A program made the position numbers and the translations under genes. The notes beneath the pieces were generated by a model that had not been told where the DNA came from, made no database searches, and saw nothing but the letters and a program-made list of their open reading frames with translations. From Antedon mediterranea (lineage: Eukaryota > Animalia > Echinodermata), in NCBI RefSeq assembly GCF_964355755.1, contig NC_092678.1:7084422-7148421 (forward strand): a DNA stretch of 64,000 bases. Direction: 5' to 3'. Shown in pieces: positions 50,201 through 62,200 of the stretch (the first letter of the stretch is position 1; the number at the start of each line of letters is the position of its first letter).

Positions 50201-53200
50201 AAGAAGTTTATATAATTTCTCCCAAAATAATGGATCGTTCCAGTGAATATAATTATTTGTAGATAGATACTTCTTTAAATTCTTATCTAACTTATCTTCT
50301 AAAATGTCTTCTAAAAGTATAACAATTAATCTGTTCATTCGATCATTCAACACCTGTTCATATGCTACTTTAAACTCCAATAAACACCATTCACTTTGTA
50401 AAAAGTTTGGAGATAGAAGTAGAATGGTTCGTCTACTAGCAGCCACCGTCTCAATGATGGTATCAGCAATCGATGCACCGACGGGAAAATCCCGATAATG
50501 AAGGCAGAGTCGATACGGTGGGTCACGACCCTCAAGAACAGGTGCTAAGTCGTACAACACTACTTGATAATCTAGACTGCTATAGGAGATAAACGCATCG
50601 TACTTTTTGACATCTCCGTCATCATCATCTTCATTAGCAAATAACCTATTCCCGTATTTAATATACACGTACCACCGGATATATTTTCTACGTCGTACAA
50701 CTATCACTGCGACAATGAAAACAATTAGTGTTAATAATGAAACAATTATGGCATATATTGTTCCGTCATTACCACCGGATCCAGCGCAAATAAAATACAT
50801 GTCTAGCAGTTGCAGTATTGGTACGTTACTGGTACTCATACCGTTATACGCGTTCACACATAAAATATCTCCTGGTCTCGAAACAATGTTAATGTTATTG
50901 TTTATCCATTTCTTCAGCCATAACAAGTTGCATTCACACTTGAATATATTATTATGTAATGAAATCATTTCAAGATTAGTTAATGCATCAAATACCCCGG
51001 ATGGAAGTGTTTCTAAGAGATTGTTATGAAGATACAAATGAGTTAAGTTTACATTATTTGAAAAAGACGCCGCATTTACTTTGTTAATATTATTGTTGTT
51101 CAATGATAAAACTTCTAGAAACGGAAGATTTTCAAACGCTAAGTTTACTTCAGAAATATTATTATCATTAAGCGAAAGTATCCGTAGGTTTGTTAAGCCG
51201 TCGAAAGCACGTTGCGAATATGCAACAATAGCATTATGATTCAAATAAAGCCGAAGAATGTTATAATTAACAACAAATGTTGATGAAATGCGTGACACAT
51301 TGTTTAATTTTAATGATCCTATCATATACAAAATATTCGTGTCTTTGGGAAGGTCACTTTGCCAGCTACGGAAGCTACAATTGTACACTTTAAGATAATC
51401 ACAAACTCTTTCGTAATACAAACAAGATAAATTATTCGGAATGTCACAATGAATATTTTCATCTTTATAATTAAGCGATGCCAATGTTTTATTCGCAAGC
51501 TTATGGGGTCTAGTGCATCTCACTGCCTCGTAATCTTTAATGAATATATGAGCATTAAAATAACCTTTTTTATTTCGTAAAAGGTAACGAATCGCTTCAC
51601 AAGATTCATGCGGAAAAACGCAAGACAATGGATTTCCTTCCATAAATATGTTAATCAGATCGAACTTCACGTGGCTAAAGACATTTTCTGGAATTTTTGA
51701 GAACTTATTATATTGAATATATAAATTCTTAAGCAATGGAAACTGAAAACATTTGTCATCAAACAAAGATATAGCGTTATGTGATATTTTTAGGCTTGTC
51801 AAGTTTTGAAATCCAAGTGCGCATGGCCAATGCGTAATGTTGTTCTTACTTAGATCAAGTATTTCAATCCGTGAATGATTTATTGATGATACGCCATTTT
51901 GTAAAACCATTTCTATTTTGTTTAATTTTGCGCTAAAAGTGCGTAAGAATGGTAACGACTTCAACCACATGTTCATATATACAGTGTGTAGATCATTCAT
52001 ATTAAGGTATAAACTCTCGAGAAAAACCAGCCCATCAAACGCCTTCTTTGAGATATACCGCAACTTGTTAAGGCTTATATCAAGAAGTTTCAGTGTACAC
52101 GTGTTGTTCATGGCACACAAGCCATACGCTGGTAAGCTGGTGAGGTTGTTGGCGCTCAGAATAAGATTTGAGATATTGGTTAATTCTCTCAATGATGGAT
52201 GGATACGGTCATTAATGTTCGCATAAATTATTTGCAAGGTATCTAAACTGTATAAATGTGAAGCTAATTTATCCTTAATACCGATTACTTTACAAGTAGT
52301 GTTCAAAATTCGAGGGGATCCACATTGTTCCAAAAAAGCCGGATTAAAAACGATACCACTATCTAATTGAGTTTCGTTTGTTGTAGGAAAGCACATTATA
52401 TTCGTCTCTGTCGATGGAGGTAGATTAAAATCGTAATCAAAATCTTCTTGCTCTTTAACAATACATACAGAAGAAGAAGATATAGTTCCTACTGGTTCAC
52501 AAAATTTACAAACACAACTAAATAGATTTGGTTGCGTTAGATTTCCACAGGGGTGAAAATATTCCTTGTCGTCTGAGATTTTAATATGTTCACAGTTCGG
52601 AGACCAAGTCACTGAACTCGCCATGAGTAGGTCTAGTAATAATAAACAGGCAGCGAATTGAAGATATTTGAAGTTTTGACTGCAAAACATTGAGTAAGGC
52701 ATTGTCAAATAGTGTACGTTTTTAGAAGAGTTTAACAATGCCAAGGCCAACTCACACGAACCTTACGCATATAGGCCTATACTTTATCGCTTAATATAAT
52801 TCTGTTTTCCTCGGTGAATCGTCATAACCGTTTTATCAGTAATCCAACAAAAACATAATCGTATGCGTATACATGCGCGCAGTTGATTGACAAAATGAAT
52901 TCACAAAATGCAATTATTTCTACCCCTGACCTCTTTCCACAATGAACTCGCAGCTATAAGTTGACCCGTTCCGGTTGCATAAAGGCACAAATAGTAGCGT
53001 GTTGTACCATCAGGCTTATTGATTGCGCCACACTCCCTCGGGCACTCCCTGCTTTCCGCTAACACTTGGACTGGACACGTAGGCCGCTACGATTCAATAG
53101 TAGACAGCAGTACGATTTAAAAGCCACATCTATAGCTCCAGAAAACCAGGACATCAGATTTTCAATACACTATGTAAGTACATTTACTTTAGTTTCTACA

Positions 53201-56200
53201 AAATTACATGGTCTTGTTTTTTTTGTCTTCGGCATTTGCGACCTCTGCTGGAGGACAGAACATGACCTACTAAAGAAAACACCTTAACGAAACCTGTACA
53301 TTCCTTAAGATGGTGACGTCATAAATAGTTCGTGTAAAGTGTATAACATACATGAATCGGATTCTGGGTCAAATTGCTTAATCTTCATTTTACACCAGCG
53401 GCACTATATTTTTTGTTTAAAACAACAATATAACATAAAGATATAAACCGTACAGCCACTATCGTATACACGTCAAAATGTTGTTACACAATTAAAGAAA
53501 AAAACGTTACAAAAAGATTAAAAGGACCCTCGCCTAAACCGATAAACAATTAAAATAAAATATTATATAGGATAAAAAACGGTTCGTTTTTTCCATACAG
53601 ATTTCAATATAGTCATTGACAACATTTTTCAAAATTAGGGAATGTAAATGTTATGTTAGTACACCATTGCTTAACTGCGGGATTAGGAAATTATAGTATG
53701 CATACAGTATACTATAATATACATATGAAAACATGTATTCAATTGCTCTCAGAGAAAAGTTCGAATTCGTTTCATGAATAACATTTTTGTAAAATAGACT
53801 TGGACGTAACGTTTGCGAATTTAATAGGTGTTTATACCTCTCGTGATCATTGTTTTAACTATTATTTATAAACGATATTTATTATATATACTGTATATCC
53901 TACTAATGTAAACCTTCTACAATTGTCTATTTGTAGAGCTGTCAAAGTTCAACTCTATTATGACATATCATGGAGGAATTCGTACCTCCGTGGACATATT
54001 ATGTTTAATATTCCTGTTTAAAGCCTGTTTTCGCGAAACTAATTAGCGCAAATAAATCAAACACTCATACAGTCGGCCTATTTTGAATGTTTAATTTTCT
54101 AAATGTTTCTATCTATGTAAAGCGCATTGAGGCTTTCAGCATAATGCGCTATATCAAGTATCAGTTATTATTATTATTATTATATGAGTTCGTATTTTTG
54201 GCACCAAAAAAAGGTAAATTCGGAAAAATATTAATACGCATGCGCAAGAACCAACGCTTTTCGATTTACGCGAATAATTCCGCTTAAATAGATAATAATG
54301 ATTAAGAGCCATTGTCTGTAAAAATCAAAGATTTGGTGGCAGATGTAAAAAAATGGATTTCTCTCAAATGTTTACCATGAATAGACACTTCAATAAAAAG
54401 CATATCTACGACATTCATTTTAATTTTTAGCCTTCATTGCCATGACAACGGTCAATTATCCAAATTTTTATGTTTTTGCCATTTTTCACAGATTTTCTAT
54501 AGTGAAAAAGTACAAACTTGTATACTTGTTTTAACCAAAAATACTTACAGTGTACAGTTTTTGTTTATATCAGTGTAAACAACTAAGTATTGAGTTCCAT
54601 TTAATGTAGAAAAAAACAAAATTACAAAATGGAGTTTGGTCGATACCATTATTTTAAAAAGGGGTGTTTTTAAAAAATATTATTTTTATAAAAGTATACC
54701 TCATAAACGTACATATAACTTCCAAAGTGGTGTTTTTATATCAATGAGGTTTTGTAATTTGATAGTCAATAGGTTTTTCAACAATAATCACGAAAAAAAA
54801 CTGGGGTAAATTTCGTACATAGATTTTGTGTTGCCAGGAAAACACTGAAAATACAAAAAAAATACAAACAAAATGACAACAAACAAAACACAAGAATCAA
54901 AATTTAAATATGGCTAATCCAATAATAAAATATATATTTGGCTTGTCATAATGCTACTAGAGTCATACGAATAGTTTAGATAAAATACGAGAATGTGTTG
55001 ACAGGTTTATTTCAATTAATTGCCAGAAAAACAGTATTTTGCTTAGAAATATTTAGTTAATGGAAACTAATATTAAACTTTGTAATAATTGCCTCCAGCT
55101 TTTTTTTTTAAATTTTGACATCTATTTTTTGTAAAGAGATACAGAAAGACGTCCCAAAAAAATCTGAACTTGTAAATAGGTCATTTGAGGTCAAAAGGGG
55201 TCAGAATGCAGAACAGGACAGGTCCCCACTTTAGTTCAAATATTAATGTTTTATCAAAATTTACAAGATTGTTCATAAAAATTTTCAACAAATTTTATTT
55301 TTTTAACTATAATTTTACCTTAGCAACCATTTCTAAGGAAAGAAATTTAAAAAAAAACGTTTAAAAAATGACGTTTTTATGAATACAAAGAATTGATTGC
55401 ATTTGTACTTTTTCTCAATTTTACTTCTACTGCATTCTAATAATCATAAAGTGATGACAAACTTGACCTTGGAAATTCATTCATTTTGAGGTCAACATTT
55501 TACCATAGTAACTGTTTCTATGCGAAAATATTTAAAAAATAAGGGGTTTTCATAAATACTACTTAGTTTTACATTTCTACTTTTTCCCAAATTTACTTTA
55601 AATACTGAATCCTAATAATCTCAGAAAAAAGTCTTGACAAATCTGAATAAAGGTAAAAAATTGACCTTTAGTGTTATCTTATAACCTGTTTCTATATATA
55701 ACTAAGGATAATTTAAAAGAAAATAAAATAATGGGTTTTCATGACAAAAATATAATTACATTTTACATTGAGGTCAATTGACATCAACATTTTACCTATA
55801 GTGTATTTTAGCAACTCTTTCTATGCGTAACTAAGTACAATTTTTTTATCACGGGGTTTCATGACTACAAACAATAGCATTACTAATTTTTCCCAAATTT
55901 ACGTATCTACTGAATCCCAAAAAATCACAGAAAAATTCTGATCTTGTGAAAGGGTCATTTCTGGGTCAAATTATGTCAAAATGTACTAACTATTATTTAT
56001 GTTATCTTATAACCTGTTTCTAGGCGTAACTAAGGATAATTGTTTTTCAAAAATGCAGTTGAACCTTCCGTGAGCGGCCACCCTCGGGACCTGGAAAAAT
56101 GGCCACTTACGGAAGGTTCTGCCGATTAAGGACCAAAATCACGTATATGGTTATGCACGATATTCTTATGGCAACGAGCCTCTCAATTTTCCAGCTAATT

Positions 56201-59200
56201 GTATTATTGTTTATAATCAGGTGGTTTAGTATTATTTATCATTTTCAGACAAATTTTAAAAGCTTTTATCATATGAAAAATGGTCGGTCAAAATCTGTGT
56301 AGTTTTCTCATCTCTTCACAGAAATGTTTTTAAAACCGCTTTGAAATAAAGCTAATATAAAAAACTACAATAAACATGGACCTCTAATTCATAGCTCCAT
56401 GCAATAAGTATCACATTTTTCGGGTGGCTGCTACCATACAAAAAAAGTTAATTTTTAGTAAAAAAGTGGCCGCAGCCGCTTACGAGAAGTGGCCGCTTAG
56501 AGGAGGTACCAAATGCACTAATTAGATAGGAAAAACAAAGGTGGCCGCTTACGGGAGGTGGCCGCTGTAAATAAAATATGGTTTCATGAATAAAAATAAT
56601 CACCAAAGAAAGTCCTCACGAATATGACCCCTTAAATTAAAATGGTAATTTGAAAATACAAATTAGGCATGCTTGCTAATAATCTACAAATTTAAATTTG
56701 TATAAGATAAGTATATGAAAAATCTAAAGAATATCTATTATAGTTACCATAGTAACTGTTGCTCTGCACAACTAAGGGAAATTAAATACCGGTAATTATT
56801 AGATAATTCTCAATTAATAATTACTACTGAATCCAACAATCACAGTAAAAAAAAATAGAATTAACAACAAATTTAAAACCAATATTTAATATAAAATGTG
56901 GTATTTTACATGCTGACCTTAAATGAAATGACATTTCCCATCAGGGCTTCAATATTTGTTATGTAGCATTAACATACCTTTTGATTGGTTCAATTTTGTG
57001 GAGGGGAAAGTGGTGGATCCAGGAGTTTGAAATAGTTAGGAGGTCGGAGTCGAGGGTCTAAAAACTTGATGTCCTATCTTTTGCATTGCAATTTTTAATT
57101 TGAGGTGGGTGGGGGGCTTAAATGTGGGTGTGGTGGGATGGAGGAGTTTGAATCCGTCTATCGGTTGGTTGGGGCGATGGTAGTGGCAGTGTGGGTGGTG
57201 CTTGCATGAATTTGACACTCTATAGTGGATGATCGACACAAGTGTTGTAGTTTATCTTTTATGGTTATGGTGGGGTGGGGGTGGGGGGTAGGGGGGGTTG
57301 TGTGGGGAGTCGGAAGTGGTGGTAGATGGGCATGTGGGATCTGCTTAGGTTAGCAAATAGAAGAAGTAAACGAAATTAAGAGGAGCTTCAAAATAAGAGA
57401 GGAGTAATCAGTTACAAAGATTTAAATTCATAACGATCTGATAATTTATATTATTTAATTTCCAGAGGATATAACATATGAAATGACAATGACAACTGCG
57501 ATTTTACAGAATCTATAATTAAAAATATTGGGGTTTTTTTCACAACACAATTTGAATTATATAAAACATTAAGAATTGTTCTGACCAATGGGTTTAAAAT
57601 CAGATAATCAAAGAAAATAAAATGTTTTAAATAATTTACCATGTTTTTTTTATAAAAATGCCTATGTTTCTTCTGGTAACACTGCTTGTAGATTTTTAAA
57701 TTACCCCAGTATTTTATTTTATAAATCACTTATTAAACATTAGAATTACCTATTTGTAAAAAATCAGCTTAAAAAAAACACCACTTTGGGCGTTATGGTG
57801 AAGTAAAGTTTAGTTGTTTTTAACAATTAATAAAAACTGAAAAACACCCCCTTTTAAATAAATAGTATCTCCCAAAGTATGAAATCAAAATTTAACAAAA
57901 AATATGAAACAGGTACACAATGCATTGTTATTATGCATACACTAATTATTTTTTATAATTAAATCAACAAAACAAAAATATCGTTCATCAAAGTACTACC
58001 AATATCCATTCTAAAAAACTTTAAAAAAGGACAAAATTTGTCAAAAACACCAATTTGCCCGTTGCCATGGAAATATATGTGTGAAATAAAAAATACTTCA
58101 TATTTGATTTCTCTCAACACATATATAACCATGTGCAAAATTTGAAAGAAATCCATTTTTTTGAGTCACTATTTTTGATATTTCTTTGATTCTTACAGAC
58201 AATGGCTCTTAAATAGTCTTAGGCTATTATATAAAACATAACATCTAATTTATGGTGTATTCAGAGACAATAAATGATTGTAAACTATTTTTTTTATTTC
58301 AGTTTTAAATCACTAGATCATACGGTATGACGTTTACCATCCTTTTAGGCCTCTACGTGACCTTGATGTTTCAGACGTATGTTGCCACGGAAACAATATG
58401 CGGTTACGAGACCTGTTTTGGGAATCCAACAATTGGCAACTTTTCCGTGTGTACGTGCTACGACTTTTGCGAAATAACCATTAACATGTACGACCACGCG
58501 ATCAAGAAAAGTATTGAGTGTACATTAAGAGATGATCAAGATTTATTCCAATTGTTTGACAGTCTTCCGGTCACCGAACGTATTATTTTTTCATGTGACG
58601 TACCGTCAGGAATGTATGAGCTGAATGATACGATGGTTTCTAAACATAGTTTCACGTTAAAGTCTTTCCAATCGAAAGGATGCAGGTTTAAACTAATTGA
58701 TGAATATACTTTTGCAGATTTCAATTTAACAGAGGTTATTATCGTCGATGGTAACATTTCCAATAATAGCATTGCCGCTTTCAGATCGATTCATTCATTA
58801 AAAACATTAAATTTGGATTATAACCATTTTACTCAACTTGGTGATTATGCTTTTTGTAAGGAAAACGTTACATGTCCGTTACAAACGCTAAGTTTGCGTT
58901 TCAGCTTTATTCAAGATGTGTCTATATTAACTTTTAAAGGATTGTCTAAGCTTAAGGATTTAGACTTATGTGGAAATGATCTTAAAACTGTTCCAATCGA
59001 CAAGTGGTCATATTTAGTATCTTTAACCAACGTTGATTTATCTAAAAATTCAATTCAATATTTACCAAGCTATACACCGCTAGGTATCATCGAACGTTTT
59101 GATGTTTCACAGAATAAGTTAACGCGTTACAACTTAAAAATGGGACGAGGAACCTTCAACAACTTACTATACCTTAATGTTAGTCACAACGAACTCTCCA

Positions 59201-62200
59201 TCATCAAAAGGAAAGATTTTGTGCTTTATGGTGTGCGGGTGGCAGATCTATCGTTTAACAACATCCACTTAATAGAAGAAGATGGTTTTGATGACGTAGG
59301 CTACCTTAAGATACTTGACTTACGTCATAATTTATTAACGCAGATCCCGGATAATTACCATAATGAAATTGAGTATTTGGATTTCTTGTCGCGCAATGTT
59401 ATTGGAATTTATTTTGATGGTAATCCATTGCATTGTGGATGTAGTCGTGTAAGGGATCTTAAGAATGGGAATGGTACGCAGACTGATAACATAAGCGTAT
59501 TGGACTATGATCAGTTGATGTGTTCTGCGCCATATTCATCCGCGGGACAGTTAGTATCTCAAGTAAGCCTAGAAGATGTTCTTTGTCCTTTGAATTGGAC
59601 GTCAGATGCATATAACTGTTCAACGTATTACAGAATGTCACCAGACAGTTATATAATTGCAAATTGTAGTTATAACTATCTTCCGAACGCTCTTGTTGGT
59701 AATATCAATATTTTAGACTTTAGTGGGTCACTGCGCATGAGCAATGTGTATTACCTCGTAAGTCACATGATGAGGCTGGAACATCTATATGGACTGTTTT
59801 TGAGTGATAACTTACTATATGATATGCAGAATGATACATTTATTGGTATAGCATCACTCAGGGCACTTTACTTAGATAGAAATAATTTTACTGAATTGAC
59901 AAACGAATTAGAACCTCTTGCAGAACTTGAGGAAATCCATATGGAGAACAACTCACTTCAGCATATTGACAAAGATGCATTTGTAAACAACACTAACCTT
60001 ACTCATATCTATCTTCATAACAATAATTTAGAGGTTCTTCCTGAAGGAATATTCGACTCATTAAATCAGTTGAGGTATCTCAGTATTCAAAACAATCCAT
60101 ACACATGCACATGTGGAAATCGATGGTTAAAGTTTTGGCTAAAAGAGAACAAGAACGTCGTCGAAAACTCAAGTAACATAGTCTGTTTTACTGGTTCATA
60201 TTCAAAACCATTGTTATCATTAGCAGACGATGATTTCCATTGCAAAGATGATGACGTCACTGTAGTTAACGTCAATAAATTTACTTCCATCATCGCAGTA
60301 TCTAGCGTCAGTCTTCTTCTGTTAATATTCTCAGTGATCGCCTTTAAATTCAGACGCACGATCCGTGTTGTGCTATACGTTAGATTCGGTATTTCTATCT
60401 TACACAATGAGACTGCTGGCAAGGATGATGATAACATATATGATGCGTTTATTTCGTATAGTAATGACGACTTTCCGCTGGTCATGAATTCGTTTGTACC
60501 AAAACTTGAAGGTATAACCTCTCCGTATAAACTATGTATACGGGATAGAGATTTTCTGGTTGGTGATTGTATTGCAACGGCGATCATTGATACGGTAAAC
60601 GTCAGCAGACGAACGGTCATTCTACTTTCTCGAGCCTTCCTTGCTGACAAGTGGTGCATTATGCAGTTCAAGGCAGCTCATCAGTACGCTTTACAACAGC
60701 AACGAGATCACTTGATTGTTGTCCTTTTGGAAAACATCCCTCCCGAGGACATAGTGAATGAAGATATTAAGTTTTACTTAAGCTCTAATACATACGTAGA
60801 ATGGAATGACCCACTGTTCTGGGAAAAGCTGTGTTTTGCACTTCCGAAAGAGAATGCTACTGCTCGTGAAGCTCGTCTTAGAGGTGACGCAGAAATGGAC
60901 AACAAAGGTTACCAGCCCGATGTTCTTCTTAATGAACAAATGTGAACGTATATTCTTTTTAAACTTTTACAAAGGTATTTTGATGCTTATAAATGTGTCA
61001 CACGTGATTAAACGTAGCTGTATAATGGATTTATTTTATGTTACGGTTTTTTAATACATTTTTAATTACAAGAATATTTATGTTTAAAAAAAACCGTCTT
61101 TATTTAAATCTTTACTATCATTCTGTAACATTGTTTTTAGCGCAATGTCAAATTCACTTCTGGTCAGTCTCCTCCATTAAAGTCGGTTCCCACTTGTACG
61201 CAACGTGCCCGGGTAGGCACAACACCAGTGAGTTTACCATCATAAGAGACAGTGGATGCTCTATCGTGTCGAAATTGTGGAAACAAAGCTTCACCAATAC
61301 ATACACATGCTTTATTTTATATTAACTTATATCAAATATCGTGATCAGAAGTTTGATTACTTCCACTTAAATTGCGTCACGCTGAGAAAGGTATGATGGG
61401 ATGCGATTAGAGACTATGGGGAATGGCGCCGCCATACGATGGTTGAGTACAAAATAGATCAATGCTATTTTTGACTTAAAAACAAAACATAAAAATACAG
61501 AAAAACTTGTTAATTATGTGATGGATGAACATACTATGTTTATAACAACACCACAGACGAATAAAACAATGGTTACAGTAGATCTATAACAACATCTAAC
61601 GAAACACAAGGTCTTAATAGGAATATTCCATTATTTCTGTAGGTGTGGTGGATGATGTCTCGAGAACTTCCTTAATGCAAGACAATCTAACGACAGGCTC
61701 AGGAGATCAGAGAGTTTATCTGTGGCTGCGATCAGTCCCACTTCCCTTAACAAACACCGTGCCGCCGCGGAGAATATGTAGCATACAAATTACAGTACTG
61801 TTGGTGGTTGTCGCAGCTAGACATAATATCAAAGGACTGTTACGAGTTCCTATCTTGTCAAGAAGAGCTCAGTGTCCTTCTGTTAGATTGCCTTGCTTTA
61901 TGATATTATTGTATTTGCACTGCAAGAAGTTTAGAGTAAGCAATCTTCTGATGTACGGTTTAATGATTACCAACCTTATAACGAAGTCAGCTTCATCGAT
62001 TTCTTTGCCACATTTACTTCCATTCAATATCCCTCCGTTACCAACAATAGCACATCTTTTGTATCCGCCTACGTTACTTTCTGGAGAATCCTGTGAATAT
62101 AAAAAGTAATATTATATTACTATATTAATTATTTAAGAGTAATATCAATCCAAGATGCAGTGACTCGACTTTAATATGATTTTTCTCAACCATTGTCGAA

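Noticed and set aside
52703-52750. TLR-A start at 52750 as given by the ORF track
   Set aside because: It is a TTG codon. ATG at 52702 or 52690 precedes the signal-like segment and fits a eukaryotic gene better.
53040-53049. NF-kB-like site GGGCACTCCC between the TLRs
   Set aside because: It has a mismatch to GGGRNWYYCC on either strand, and one short motif is not enough support.
57000-57400. G-rich block with G-quadruplex potential (similar composition at 60-330) and its short ORFs
   Set aside because: No recognisable coding or family signature; probably retroelement-derived low-complexity sequence.
60087-60671. Antisense ORFs over real genes (also 9644-9901, 15091-15495, 50607-51029, 51918-52226)
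   Set aside because: Shadow frames of the TLR, kinase and MGLL coding sequences.
61645-62109. 154-aa plus-strand ORF
   Set aside because: GTG start and no recognisable domain; its 3' part is the antisense of the sialylmotif L exon. An acceptor-like site at 61641-61642 was seen but could not be linked to any gene.
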